In this document: positions 41,109 through 51,432 of the stretch, piece after piece
Numbering within the stretch: position 1 is the first letter of the stretch
Layout of the letters: each line of letters begins with the position of its first letter
DNA from: an uncultured delta proteobacterium
GTDB lineage: Bacteria > Myxococcota_A > Polyangia > Palsa-1104
DNA length: 64,000 nt
Assembly: GCA_963785725.1 (NCBI GenBank)
Contig: CAWAWS010000015.1
Coordinates: forward strand, 32,001 to 96,000
Direction of reading: 5' to 3'
Translations under genes and position numbers: made by a program
Notes under the pieces: model-generated
Databases searched by the model: none
Seen by the model: only the letters and a program-made list of their open reading frames with translations
Told to the model about the DNA's origin: nothing

Positions 41109-41819
41109 ATGATCTCGCGCTGCGATGTCTGTCTCGTCGGCACGTCCCAAGCGGAAAATTTGGGCGCCGTCGCGCGGCTGCTCGACAACTTCGCGGCGCC
41201 GTCGTGGACGCTGGTCGGGTCGCGCGTCGCCGCCGACGACGTGCGCGCCCAGGTCGTGGCCCGCGCGGCGCGGGAGCGGCTGGCCGCGGCGCGCCGCACC
41301 GACGAGCTGGCCGAAGCCGTCGCCGACTGCGCCTATGTCGTCGGCTTCTCGGCGCGGCGCGGCGGCGATCGTCCGCTCGTCGGGCTGCGGCAGCTGCCGG
41401 CGCTGTTGGCCGAGCGCGCGCCGGCGGGGCGCGTGGCGCTGGTGTTCGGCCCGGAAGACAGCGGCCTCGCGAGCGCGCACATCGATCGGTGTGACGCGGT
41501 CGCCGTCATCGACACGCCGGGGCCGCTGCCGTCGCTGAATTTGGCGCAAGCGGTGGCCGTCGCGCTGTGGGAGCTCGGCCGCGTCGGTGACGAAGTCGCG
41601 CCGGCGCGTGGCGGCGCGACGCACGCCGAGCTGGAGGCGCTCGTCGACCACGCGCTCCGTGCGCTCGACCGCTTCGGCCACTTCCGCAGCGACGACGAGC
41701 GCGCCCGCGGTCGCGTCCATTGGCGCCGCACGCTCGCCGACGCCGCTCTGCGCAGCGACGACATTCGCGCCTTACACCGCCTGTGCGACAGCATCGCCCG
41801 CAACCCGCCGCGCGACTAA
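41109..41819 (+). CDS. trmJ: SPOUT RNA methyltransferase (TrmJ/LasT family)
   Basis: ENLGAVAR..NF, ALVFGPEDSGL, SLNLAQAV. Confidence 0.85.
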   Translation: MISRCDVCLVGTSQAENLGAVARLLDNFAAPSWTLVGSRVAADDVRAQVVARAARERLAAARRTDELAEAVADCAYVVGFSARRGGDRPLVGLRQLPALLAERAPAGRVALVFGPEDSGLASAHIDRCDAVAVIDTPGPLPSLNLAQAVAVALWELGRVGDEVAPARGGATHAELEALVDHALRALDRFGHFRSDDERARGRVHWRRTLADAALRSDDIRALHRLCDSIARNPPRD

Positions 41820-42085
41820 ACAAGCTGAAATAAAGATGTTGAGACGACCGGCCGAGGTCGACGGCGTGCCAGGCGTCGTCAGCGGCGGCCGTGCGACGTC
41901 GCGGGCAGCCCCGTGCAAAAAGTGAACGAACCGGCGATCGGCTGGTCGCCGACGCGGTGAAGGACGACCGCGTCGGTCGGGTAATCACCCGTCACCGTCG
42001 CTGCAAGTGTCAGACAAAAGGTGCGAATCTTGACATGTGGACACCCGTGCGCAGACCTATCACGAGGGAGCTGGGTCAGGAGCGT

Positions 42086-42472
42086 ATGAGCCAAGCGACG
42101 ATCATGCTGGTCGATGACGATGTTCTGTTGCGCACCTCGTGCGCGACGCTGCTCGAAGCGCGCGGCCACACCGTCATCCAGGCGAGCGACGGCGCCGAGG
42201 CGCTGAGCCAGCTCGTCGACGCGGGCACGCGGCCGGAGCTGCTCGTCGTCGACCTGGAGATGCCGCGCATGGGCGGCTGGGAGCTGCTGGCGATCCTGCG
42301 CGGCGCGGCCGATCGGCGCTTGGTCGAGCTGCCGGTGATGATCGTGTCCGGCCTCGACGTGAGCGCCGAGGCGCGGGCCGTCTACCCGTCGCTGCGCAAA
42401 CCGGTGCCGCCCGAGCGTTTGCTGGAGACGATCGGACAGCTGCTGGCCGTGGCGCGGCCCAGTTTCGGCTGA
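42086..42472 (+). CDS. Single-domain response regulator
   Basis: LVDDD, DLEMPRMGG, LRKPV. Confidence 0.88.
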   Translation: MSQATIMLVDDDVLLRTSCATLLEARGHTVIQASDGAEALSQLVDAGTRPELLVVDLEMPRMGGWELLAILRGAADRRLVELPVMIVSGLDVSAEARAVYPSLRKPVPPERLLETIGQLLAVARPSFG

Positions 42473-42524
42473 CCCGCTCTTGAGCAACGGCTGCGCGATA
42501 CTATATTGAGGCTAGGTATTTCGC

Positions 42525-42707
42525 GTGAAGCTCATTCGCTGCAGCAGCTGCCGCTATTCCTTCGAGCGCGTCGACGACGACGCGCGCCGCGAGTGTCCGC
42601 AATGCGGCGCCGTCTTGGCCGCGGGCGAGCCCGAGCCGCCCACCGAAGCGCTGGAAGACCGCAAGACGCGTAAAATCCACATCATCCCGAAGCTGAAGGA
42701 CGAGTAG
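42525..42707 (+). CDS. Small zinc-ribbon protein
   Basis: CSSC..CPQCG. Confidence 0.7.
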   Translation: MKLIRCSSCRYSFERVDDDARRECPQCGAVLAAGEPEPPTEALEDRKTRKIHIIPKLKDE

Positions 42708-42716
42708 CGCTCGTCG

Positions 42717-43271
42717 TCATCGGGCGGACAGGAGCGCGACGACGTCGGCGTGGCCGTTCTCGCGCGCCATGTCGAGCGCGGTGCGGCCGTCGTCCGAGCG
42801 CTGCGCCGGGTCGGCGCCGTGACGCAAGAGCAGCTTCGTCATCTCCATGTCGCCGTGCGCCGCGCGCGCTTGCAGCGGCGTGTAGCCGCCGGCTTGGCGC
42901 GCGTTGGCGTCGGCGCCGGCGTCGAGCAGGAGCGCGATGAGCTCGGGCCCGCCGCGCGCCGCCGCCGAATGCAGCGGCTGCACCTGCAGCGGATTGCGGC
43001 TGGGCGCGTTGACGTCGGCGCCGCGGTCGATGAGCACCTTCGCCGCCGCCGTGTGGCCGAAGAAGGCCGCCAACTGCAGCGCGGTGAAGCCGTCGGCCGC
43101 GAACCAGCCGACGCACGCCGGCTCTTCCGTCGTCAGCTGCGTCAGCCGCTCGGTGCGCCCGAGCGCCGCCGCTTCGAACAGGTCGAGCGTCGCGCGTCCC
43201 GCCGCCAGCTTCTCGGCCGCTGCCGGATCGCCGCGATACATGGCCTCCAAGATGTCGCTCAGCTGCGTCAT
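42717..43271 (-). CDS. Ankyrin-repeat protein
   Basis: GFTALQLAAFFGH, PLHSAA, GADVN/GADAN repeats. Confidence 0.93.
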   Translation of the reverse strand: MTQLSDILEAMYRGDPAAAEKLAAGRATLDLFEAAALGRTERLTQLTTEEPACVGWFAADGFTALQLAAFFGHTAAAKVLIDRGADVNAPSRNPLQVQPLHSAAARGGPELIALLLDAGADANARQAGGYTPLQARAAHGDMEMTKLLLRHGADPAQRSDDGRTALDMARENGHADVVALLSAR

Positions 43272-43291
43272 GTCGTGTCCTTTACGATCGC

Positions 43292-46200
43292 CTACTGCGC
43301 CGTCCGCTTCAAGACGCGCGACACCTCGTTCAAGAGATCGCTCGTGCTGCTCGATCCTTTGGCGATGACGGCGGCGACGTCGCGGTTGAGGCGCGCGCGC
43401 TCGTCGGCCTCGAGGGCTTGGCCGGTCACGAGCAGGATGGGCAAGGCGCGCGTGCGATCGTCGGCGCGCAGCCGCGTCACCACTTCGACGCCCGACAGAT
43501 CGGGCATGACCAAGTCGAGGAGCACGAGATCGAAGGGCTCGGACAAGGCCGCGGCCAGGCCACGCTGACCGCTCGGCTCGGTGCGCACGATGAAGCCATG
43601 CGGCTCCAGCGTCGCGCGCACGAGGTCGAGCTGGGCCGGATCGTCGTCGATGGCGAGCACCGAGACGCGGCTCGTGCGCGCTCGCTGCGTGAAGCGGCGG
43701 CGGGTGAGCGCGTCCAAGAGATCGTCGCGGCTCACCGGCTTGACGAGGTGCTCGATGGCGCCGAGGCTGAAGGCTTTGGCGCGATCGCTCGAGATCGTCA
43801 CCATGACGACGGGGATCGTCGCCGTCGCCGGCTCGCTCTTGAGCAGCTTTAGGACATCCCAGCCGTCGACGGTCGGCAGAAAGACGTCGAGCGTGATGAC
43901 GTCGGGGCGGCGGTGGCGCGCTTCGGCCAGCGCCTGGTCGCCGGTGCGTACGGCGATCGTCTGGTAGCCGCTCGACTGCAGCGCCAGCACGATCAGCTCC
44001 TGCGCCGGCAGGTCGTCCTCGACCACGAGCACGACCGGCGCGCGCGGCGACGGCGACGGCGCCGCCGGGCCGAGCTCGGGCAGGGCGTGCAGCGGCAGGT
44101 CGACGAAGAAGTCCGAGCCGTGGCCGGGCTTGCTGTCGACGCCGATGTGACCATCCATGAGCTCGACGAACTGCTTCGACAGCGCCAAGCCGAGACCGGT
44201 GCCGCCGCGCTCTTTGCCGTTGGCGAGCTGCGTAAAAGGGGTGAACAGGCGGGCGATGTCGGCCTGGTCGAGGCCGCTGCCGCTGTCGCGCACGGTGATG
44301 CGCAGATAGCCCGCGCGCGGCGACAAGGCGCAGCTGACGCGCACGCGTCCGCCCGGCGGCGAGAACTTGATGGCGTTCGACAACAGGTTATAGAGCACCT
44401 GCTTGAAGCGCGCGGCGTCGGCGCTCACCGGCGGCAGCGACGTGCCCTGCGGCTGCGGCTCGAGCGCGACCTCGACGTTGCGCGCCTGCGCCAGCGGCAA
44501 CAAGGTCACGATCGCCTCGGCGGCGACGGTTCGCGGCGCGCACGGCTGCCGCACGACCTCGAAGCGACCGGCCTCCACCTTCGACAGGTCGAGCAGATCG
44601 TTGATGAGCCCGAGCAGATGGCGCCCGCTTTGATGGACGTTGTGCGTATAACGCGACTGCTTCTCGTTCAGCTCGCCGAACTTGCCGTCGATGAGCACCT
44701 CGGAGAAGCCGATGATCGAGTTGAGCGGCGTGCGCAGCTCGTGCGACATCATGGCCAAGAAGTCCGACTTCGTGCGGCCGGCGCGCACCAGCTCTTCGTT
44801 GCGCAGCGTCAACAAGCGGTTGAGCTCGACGCGCTCGGCCTCGGTGCGCTTGCGGTCGGTCATGTCGCGGGCGACGGCGTAGATGACGCCCGCCGCCGGA
44901 TCGGGCGCCGACGACCACAAGAGGTCGCGATAGCTGCCGTCTTTGCAGCGATAGCGGTTCTCGAAGTGGCTGACGGACTCGCCTTTGGCCTGTCGCGCCA
45001 GCTGATCGAGCGTCGCCTGGCGATCGTCGGGATGGACGAACTCGAGCATCGGCTTGGCCAGCAGCTCCGCTTCGGAGTGGCCGAGGATGCTGAAGGCGGG
45101 ATTGAGCCGCTTGAAGTACCCGTCGAAGCCGGCGATGCACAACAGATCGAGCGACAGCGAGAAGAAGCGGCCCGGCTGCTCGGCGCGCTTCTGCTCGTCG
45201 ACGTCGGTGGTCGTGCCGATCCATTCGCGCACCTGGCCGTCGTCGCCGAAGAGCGGCACGGCGCGGGCGATGAAGTAGCGATAGCCGCCCGAGGCGGCGT
45301 GCCACAAGCGGCCTTCGAGCTCGTAGAAGGTGCGCGCGGCGTGGCCGTCACGCACCTCCGAGACGATGCGCGCTCGGTCCTCGACCGGCATCGCCAGAAG
45401 CCAGCCGAAGCCGAAATATTCGTCGTAGGACTGGCCGGTGTAGGCTTGCCACGACGGCTGCGGCGTCACGAAGCGACCGTCGGGCGAGAGCGTCCACACC
45501 ACCGAGGACGTCGCGGCCACGAGCGAGCGATAGCGCTCCTCGCTCATCGCCAGCGCGGCCAGCGCCTCTTGCCGTTCGGTGACGTCGTTGGCGACGATGA
45601 GGTGCGCCGAGCGGCCGGCGAAGAGGGTGTGCTGCAGCTGCAGCTCGACCCAAATGGGGCTGCCGTCCTTCTTGCGATGGCGCCAGCGACCGATGTTGTT
45701 GGGGACGTTCTCGTCTTTGAGGCGGTGGTCTTCGGCGGCGAGCTTGGGCAGATCCTCGGCGAAGCGGATCTGCTCGATGGTCATGCCGAGCAGCTCGTCC
45801 TCGGAGTAGCCGTAGGTCTCGATGACGGCGCGATTGACCGCCAAGAACCGGTGCGTCGCGCGATCGTAGACCCACATCGGCGCCGGGCTGTTGTCGAACA
45901 GCATGCGATAGCGCGCCTCGGAGTTGCGCGCCAGCGTCCGCTGCTCGTCGACGGAGCGCTGCTGCGCGGCCAAGAACTCCTCGCCCACGATCTGCATCGA
46001 GCGGTCGACGAGCTTCTGCAAGGCGTCGAGCGCGCGCGTGGCGCGGTCGGGCTCGGCGCCGTATTCGTGCAACAGGCGCGGCACGAGCTGGCGCTGAAAG
46101 GCGCGCATGAGCTCGAGCCAGACGCCGAAGGCGGCGCCGCGCTCGGCGTAGCCGCGGCCCTGTTCGCGCAAGCGCGCTTCGTAGCCGTACCAGTTGCCGT

Positions 46201-46408
46201 CGAGCGCCGCGGCCAAGTCGGCGACGCTGTCGCGGGCCAGCTCGTCGAGGCTGCGGCCGATGATGAGCGGCGCGAAGATCGGATGGGCGGCGACCACTTC
46301 CATCGTCGCCCGCATGATGGCGTTGCAGTCGACTTCGTAGACGCGCCACAGGTCGTCGAGGCTGCCGCTCTCGGCGCCGATCCAGCTGCTGCCGCCATCC
46401 TTGGCCAT
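43292..46408 (-). CDS. Hybrid histidine kinase: globin-like N-terminus, 3 PAS, HisKA, HATPase, 2 receivers
   Basis: Three PAS/PAC signatures, MSHELRTPLN, NLLSNAIKF, GTGLGL, two REC domains. Confidence 0.93.
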   Translation of the reverse strand: MAKDGGSSWIGAESGSLDDLWRVYEVDCNAIMRATMEVVAAHPIFAPLIIGRSLDELARDSVADLAAALDGNWYGYEARLREQGRGYAERGAAFGVWLELMRAFQRQLVPRLLHEYGAEPDRATRALDALQKLVDRSMQIVGEEFLAAQQRSVDEQRTLARNSEARYRMLFDNSPAPMWVYDRATHRFLAVNRAVIETYGYSEDELLGMTIEQIRFAEDLPKLAAEDHRLKDENVPNNIGRWRHRKKDGSPIWVELQLQHTLFAGRSAHLIVANDVTERQEALAALAMSEERYRSLVAATSSVVWTLSPDGRFVTPQPSWQAYTGQSYDEYFGFGWLLAMPVEDRARIVSEVRDGHAARTFYELEGRLWHAASGGYRYFIARAVPLFGDDGQVREWIGTTTDVDEQKRAEQPGRFFSLSLDLLCIAGFDGYFKRLNPAFSILGHSEAELLAKPMLEFVHPDDRQATLDQLARQAKGESVSHFENRYRCKDGSYRDLLWSSAPDPAAGVIYAVARDMTDRKRTEAERVELNRLLTLRNEELVRAGRTKSDFLAMMSHELRTPLNSIIGFSEVLIDGKFGELNEKQSRYTHNVHQSGRHLLGLINDLLDLSKVEAGRFEVVRQPCAPRTVAAEAIVTLLPLAQARNVEVALEPQPQGTSLPPVSADAARFKQVLYNLLSNAIKFSPPGGRVRVSCALSPRAGYLRITVRDSGSGLDQADIARLFTPFTQLANGKERGGTGLGLALSKQFVELMDGHIGVDSKPGHGSDFFVDLPLHALPELGPAAPSPSPRAPVVLVVEDDLPAQELIVLALQSSGYQTIAVRTGDQALAEARHRRPDVITLDVFLPTVDGWDVLKLLKSEPATATIPVVMVTISSDRAKAFSLGAIEHLVKPVSRDDLLDALTRRRFTQRARTSRVSVLAIDDDPAQLDLVRATLEPHGFIVRTEPSGQRGLAAALSEPFDLVLLDLVMPDLSGVEVVTRLRADDRTRALPILLVTGQALEADERARLNRDVAAVIAKGSSSTSDLLNEVSRVLKRTAQ

Positions 46409-46426
46409 GGCGGCGTCCGCCTTTCC

Positions 46427-47509
46427 CTATGCCGGGACTTCCAATGCGAAGACCGTCGGCAAGTCCCCAGTTTCTTCCACCCACATCCTGCCACCATGCG
46501 CTTCGGCAGCCAAGCGGCAGAAATATAGACCGAGACCGAGGTTCATGCGACCGACGGCTTCGCCGGCCTGGCCGAATTTCTCGAAGATGCGCGCGCGCGC
46601 GGCGAGCGGAATGGCCGGCCCCGAGTTGCCGACGCGCAGCTGCATGGCGTTGGGGACGACGGTCGCGCGCACGGCGATTTGGCCACCCGACGGCACGTAG
46701 CGGAGCGCGTTGTCGACGACGTTCTCGACGACGCGGCTCATGAGCTCGAAGTCGGCGTTGACCTCGGCGTCGGCGGCGATGAAGCGGGTGACGGCGATGT
46801 TGCGCGCCTCGGCGACGTGGGCGCGCTGGCGCAGGATGGGATCGACGAGCGCCGACACCGGCGTGCGCGAGCGGCGCGGCTGCAGCCGCCCCGACTCCAT
46901 CTTCGTCACGTCGAGCAAGTTGGCGAGCAGCCGCAGCGCGCGCTGGCCCGCCGATTTCGTGTCGCGCAGGGCGTCCATCGTGTCGCTCGAGAGGCCCGGA
47001 TCTTCGGTCGCGAACGTGACGTTGGCGAGCATGACCGTCAGCGGGTTCTTCAGATCGTGGACGATGAGCGCCGCCATCTCGTCGCGAAAGCGCTCGAGCT
47101 CGACCAGCTCGACGTTGCGCTGCACCAGCGCCGCCTCTTTGCCGCGCAGCCGGAGCAGGTTGCCGATGCGAATGAGCAGCTCGTGGCGATCGACCGGCTT
47201 GGTCAGGAACTCGTCGGCGCCGGCGCGCAGGCCGGCGATGCGCGAGCCGTGATCGTTGAGCGCCGTCACCAAAATCACCGGCAAATACTGATCGCGGCGC
47301 TCGGCCTTCAGCTTCTCGGCGGTCTCGAAGCCGCTGATGCCCGGCAGCATGACGTCGAGCAGAACGAGGTCGGGCTTGACCTCGGGCGCCATCTCCAGCG
47401 CCGCTTCGCCCGAGGCCGCGTTGAACAGCTGATGGCCGCAACCCTCGAGGTAGGCATGCAGCAGCTCGATGTTGATGGGCTCATCGTCGACGATGAGGAT
47501 GGTCGCCAT
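46427..47509 (-). CDS. Receiver-histidine kinase hybrid
   Basis: REC (IVDD, DVMLPG, KP), HDLKNPL, NALRY, GLGL. Confidence 0.93.
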   Translation of the reverse strand: MATILIVDDEPINIELLHAYLEGCGHQLFNAASGEAALEMAPEVKPDLVLLDVMLPGISGFETAEKLKAERRDQYLPVILVTALNDHGSRIAGLRAGADEFLTKPVDRHELLIRIGNLLRLRGKEAALVQRNVELVELERFRDEMAALIVHDLKNPLTVMLANVTFATEDPGLSSDTMDALRDTKSAGQRALRLLANLLDVTKMESGRLQPRRSRTPVSALVDPILRQRAHVAEARNIAVTRFIAADAEVNADFELMSRVVENVVDNALRYVPSGGQIAVRATVVPNAMQLRVGNSGPAIPLAARARIFEKFGQAGEAVGRMNLGLGLYFCRLAAEAHGGRMWVEETGDLPTVFALEVPA

Positions 47510-47510
47510 A

Positions 47511-47921
47511 TTAGTGTTTCGTCCCTCCGCAGGCGTGCTTCTCGACTTCGGCGACGAACGTGCGGGTGTCGATCGGTTTGGTGATGATGGCGTCGAAGCC
47601 GGCGGCGTTGAAGCGCGCGATGTCCGGCGCCAGCGCCTGCGCGGTGACGGCCAGCACCGGCTTTAGGCGCATGTGCTTCATGCAACGCAGCTCGGCCAGC
47701 AGCGACACGCCGTCGCAGCCGGGCAGGAGCACGTCGAGCAGCACGACGTCGGGATCTTCGCCGTTGGCCATGCGTCGGCGCAGCTGCTCGCCGTCCTCGA
47801 CGATGTCGACGCGATGGCCGGCCAAGGCCAGCAGATCGCCGATGAGCTCCTGGTTCAAGCGATTGTCCTCGACGAGCAGAATCCGGAGCCCAGTATCTCT
47901 CGCCACCGCGCCCTGTGCCAT
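47511..47921 (-). CDS. Single-domain (DivK-like) response regulator
   Basis: LVEDN, DVLLPG.DG, AVTA.A, TKPID. Confidence 0.9.
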   Translation of the reverse strand: MAQGAVARDTGLRILLVEDNRLNQELIGDLLALAGHRVDIVEDGEQLRRRMANGEDPDVVLLDVLLPGCDGVSLLAELRCMKHMRLKPVLAVTAQALAPDIARFNAAGFDAIITKPIDTRTFVAEVEKHACGGTKH

Positions 47922-48051
47922 CTTCCTCACACCGCTCCCAGGATCAGTTTACACCATCGAGTCTAGGTTGGAACTACGTTGGCGACGGGACTTCTGGGTG
48001 CGGCGAATTGTCGCAGGTAGGGTTTTGTGGCAGATATTGCGAAGTTGCGCC

Positions 48052-48924
48052 TCAGAAGCCGCGATCGCGGAGCAGCCGCAATAACTCCTCATATAAGGAC
48101 AGCGCGTCGAAGCTGCCGCGAGTCCAGCCGATTTGCGCCCAATGATCGGCCTCGATCTCGCGCCACACTTCGCCCCACGCCTGCGAGACGGTCGGCACCA
48201 TGCCGTCGTTGGGACCGATGCGCTGCGACAGATAGGCGTGCGTCGGCCACAAGAGCGGATGCGCGCGCGGTCGATCGATGCGCGCGATGACGCTGGCGTA
48301 GGTGACGCCGGCGACGTTGGCGATCTCGCTGTTGAACCGCGACATCTGCAGCGTGCCCAAGTCGTGGAAGCCATCGAGGCTGAGGCGACCGAAGAGCGGC
48401 TTGAGCTTCAACATGTTGCTCAGCTTGCCGCCGAGATCGGCGACCGGCGTGCCGAGGTGCGGCGTGCCGACGGTGACGAGCGCGGCGACGCGATCGGCGA
48501 GGCCGAGCTTGGCGATGGCATAGCGCGCGTCGAGGCCGCCCATCGAGTGCGCGATGATGTTGATCTTGGTGTCGCCGGGAATCAGGCGCACGACCCGGGC
48601 CAGCTCCTCGGCGCGCACGGCGATGTTGGCGGCGGCCGAGACGCGCGGCCGATGCACCTCGGCGCCGACGCGGATGAGGTGGTCGCGCACACCGCGAAAG
48701 TACGAGTGGTCGCGGCCGCCGATGACGATGCAATCGAAGCCGAAGATGCCGTGTGCGAGCACGACCGGATGGTGCAGCTTGGCCGGACGCGGCTTGCGCC
48801 GCACCCGCGACGGTAAGATGGGCAGCGCGCGCTTCCGGTCGAGCCGGCGGCGGCGAAGCCAGAAGAAGGAGGCGACGGCCGCAATGAGGGCGACGGCGCA
48901 CAGAGCGGCCACGAGCCAGATCAC
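48052..48924 (-). CDS. Triacylglycerol lipase / alpha-beta hydrolase with N-terminal anchor
   Basis: PVVLAHG, AHSMGG, TPHLGT, NDGMV, DH. Confidence 0.92.
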   Translation of the reverse strand: MIWLVAALCAVALIAAVASFFWLRRRRLDRKRALPILPSRVRRKPRPAKLHHPVVLAHGIFGFDCIVIGGRDHSYFRGVRDHLIRVGAEVHRPRVSAAANIAVRAEELARVVRLIPGDTKINIIAHSMGGLDARYAIAKLGLADRVAALVTVGTPHLGTPVADLGGKLSNMLKLKPLFGRLSLDGFHDLGTLQMSRFNSEIANVAGVTYASVIARIDRPRAHPLLWPTHAYLSQRIGPNDGMVPTVSQAWGEVWREIEADHWAQIGWTRGSFDALSLYEELLRLLRDRGF

Positions 48925-49020
48925 GGCGCTAGCATAGCAGCGAGCCGGCGGTTCCGAAGCCCATACCCGAAGACGACAAACGCCTCGACAGCGCGGCGGC
49001 GATTGCCGATGCTAGCGCGC

Positions 49021-49908
49021 ATGAGCGTTGAGCGCGTCATCGAGCCACGCATGCGTGACATCGACGGGCTGCCCGTGCGGCGCGTGTTGCCTTCGCCGGC
49101 GCATCGCATGGTCGGGCCGTTCATCTTCTTCGATCACTTCGGCCCGACGAAGCTGTCGCCTGGCCACGGCATGCAGGTGCGGCCGCATCCGCACATCAGC
49201 TTGGCGACGGTGACCTACCTCTTCGACGGCGAGATCGTTCATCGCGACAGCCTCGGCTCCGAGGTGTCGATCCTGCCGGGCGCGATCAACTGGATGACGG
49301 CCGGGCGCGGCATCTCGCATTCGGAGCGCACGCGCCACATCATGGAGGACGCGAACGTCCTCTTGCACGGCCTGCAGCTGTGGGTGGCGCTGCCGACGGC
49401 GCACGAAGAGGTCGCGCCCGACTTCCATCACCACGACGCGGCGGCGCTGCCCGAGATTCGCGCGACGGACCTGACGCTGCGCGTGTTGGCGGGCACGGCG
49501 TACGGCGCGACGTCGCCGGTGCACACGTGGTCGCCGCTGTTCTACGTCGACGCCAGCTTGGACGCGGACGCGACGTTGACGCTGCCGAGCGACAGCGAAT
49601 ATGCCGAGCGCGCGGCCTATCTCGTCGAAGGCGTCATCGAGCACGACGGCGAGCGCTACGAGGCCGGCCGCATGCTCGTCTTCGGGCCCGGCGCGGTCGA
49701 GCTGCGCGCGATCGAGCCGCTGCCGGCGCGCTTGGTCGTGCTCGGCGGCGCGCCGCTCGACGGACCGCGGCACATCTGGTGGAACTTCGTGTCCAGCTCG
49801 GAGGCGCGCATCGAGCAGGCCAAGCGCGACTGGCGCGACGCGCGGCAAGCGCACTTCGGCACCGTCATCCACGACGAGCGCGAGCACATTCCCCTACCCG
49901 AAGATTAG
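49021..49908 (+). CDS. Pirin family protein
   Basis: GPFIFFDH, PHPH, HRDSLG, MTAGRGISHSE, QLWVALP. Confidence 0.95.
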   Translation: MSVERVIEPRMRDIDGLPVRRVLPSPAHRMVGPFIFFDHFGPTKLSPGHGMQVRPHPHISLATVTYLFDGEIVHRDSLGSEVSILPGAINWMTAGRGISHSERTRHIMEDANVLLHGLQLWVALPTAHEEVAPDFHHHDAAALPEIRATDLTLRVLAGTAYGATSPVHTWSPLFYVDASLDADATLTLPSDSEYAERAAYLVEGVIEHDGERYEAGRMLVFGPGAVELRAIEPLPARLVVLGGAPLDGPRHIWWNFVSSSEARIEQAKRDWRDARQAHFGTVIHDEREHIPLPED

Positions 49909-49998
49909 GCGTCTCCGATCGTTCCGCGTCGCCTGCTCATGTTTCACGGGGCGCGGTCGATGTCCCAATAGGCCACTTGACCGGCCGCGGGGACACGC

Positions 49999-51420
49999 GT
50001 GGACGAGCAGACCAACACGCACCAAAAGGCGCTGCGTGTGAACATGGACGCGACGAGCTACGGCTCGTTCGCCGAGATCGGCGCCGGCCAAGAGGTGGCC
50101 CGCTGGTTCTTCCGCGTCGGCGGCGCCGCGCGCACCGTCGCGCAGAGCTTGTCGGCGTACGACATGGCCATGTCCGATGCCATTTACGGGCCCGCCAAGC
50201 GCTACGTCAGCCGCCAGCGCCTCGAGGCGATGCTGGCGCGCGAGTACAACCAGCTCGTCGAGCGGCTCGGTCCGGCGCGCGGCACGACGACGGCGTTCTT
50301 CGCCTTCGCCAACACGGTCGCGACGCGGCGTCACGGCGTGTGCGAGAACGGCCGCGGCTGGGTCGGCATTCAATTCCAGTCGTCGCCGGGCGCGGCGCCG
50401 TCGCAGATCTTGGCGCACGTCAACCTGCTCGACATCTCGGCGACGGCGCAGCAGGAGGCGGTCGGCATCTTCGGCGTCAACCTCGTGCACGCGGCGCTCT
50501 TGGCGCGCGCCGACACGGGGACGATGCTGCGCTCGCTCATCGACGGCCTGTCGCGCGAGCGCGTCGACGTCGACATGGTGCGCTGCTCGGGTCCGGCGTT
50601 CCACGGGCTCGACAATCGGCTCGTCAGCCTCTTGCTCGTCGAGAATCGGCTGACGGATGCGGCCATGTTCACGGCCAACGGCGACGCGGTGCAGCCCTCG
50701 GAGATGCTGCACAAGCGGCCCATCCTCGTCGAGCGCGGCAGCTTCCGGCCGCCGACGAAGCTGACGCTCGATCTGCTCGATCGCGCGCGCCAACGGTTCC
50801 TGCAGGAGCCCGAAGTGCAAGGCAAGACGCCGGTGGTGCTGGCGGAGATCACGCTGCACACGCTGAGCTCGTCGGAGGCGGTCGATCATCAGGACTTCCT
50901 CGATCGCTGCGAGGTCCTGCGCGCGCTCGGCATCGACGTTCTCTTGTCGCGCTTTCGCCCCTATTATCAGCTGTCGGACTATCTGGCGAACTACTCGGAC
51001 GAGCTCATCGGCATCGCGGTCGGCATGCCGACGGTGCGCGATCTGGTCGAGGAGCGCTATTACGAAGGCTTGCAGGGCGGCGCGCTCGAGTCGATCGGCC
51101 GGCTCTTCAAGCGCAAAGTCAAGATGTACGTCTATCCGACGCGGCAGACGGCGACCTCGGAAGTCATCGGCATCATGGACGGCAAGATGGCCCCCAATGA
51201 CGAGCACATTCGCGCGCTCTTGATTGGCCTCGGCCGCTTGGAGGGCCTGCAAGGCTACGATCCGCGCTACCTGTCGATTCGCACGCCCGACGTGTTCGAG
51301 CGGCTGCAGCGCCTGGATCCGTCGTGGGAAGAGATGGTGCCCGAAGCGGTGGCGCGCATCATCAAAGAGCAGGGCCTGTTCCGCTACGGCGCCACCGACG
51401 CGGTCAAGAAGGCCTCGTAA
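49999..51420 (+). CDS. Conserved protein with C-terminal nucleotidyltransferase-like fold (function uncertain)
   Basis: YGSFAEIGAGQEVARWFF..GGA..T.A...SAYD; RGSFRPPT resembles a degenerate HIGH-region G.F.P. Confidence 0.7.
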   Translation: MDEQTNTHQKALRVNMDATSYGSFAEIGAGQEVARWFFRVGGAARTVAQSLSAYDMAMSDAIYGPAKRYVSRQRLEAMLAREYNQLVERLGPARGTTTAFFAFANTVATRRHGVCENGRGWVGIQFQSSPGAAPSQILAHVNLLDISATAQQEAVGIFGVNLVHAALLARADTGTMLRSLIDGLSRERVDVDMVRCSGPAFHGLDNRLVSLLLVENRLTDAAMFTANGDAVQPSEMLHKRPILVERGSFRPPTKLTLDLLDRARQRFLQEPEVQGKTPVVLAEITLHTLSSSEAVDHQDFLDRCEVLRALGIDVLLSRFRPYYQLSDYLANYSDELIGIAVGMPTVRDLVEERYYEGLQGGALESIGRLFKRKVKMYVYPTRQTATSEVIGIMDGKMAPNDEHIRALLIGLGRLEGLQGYDPRYLSIRTPDVFERLQRLDPSWEEMVPEAVARIIKEQGLFRYGATDAVKKAS

Positions 51421-51432
51421 AACTTAGCGTCG

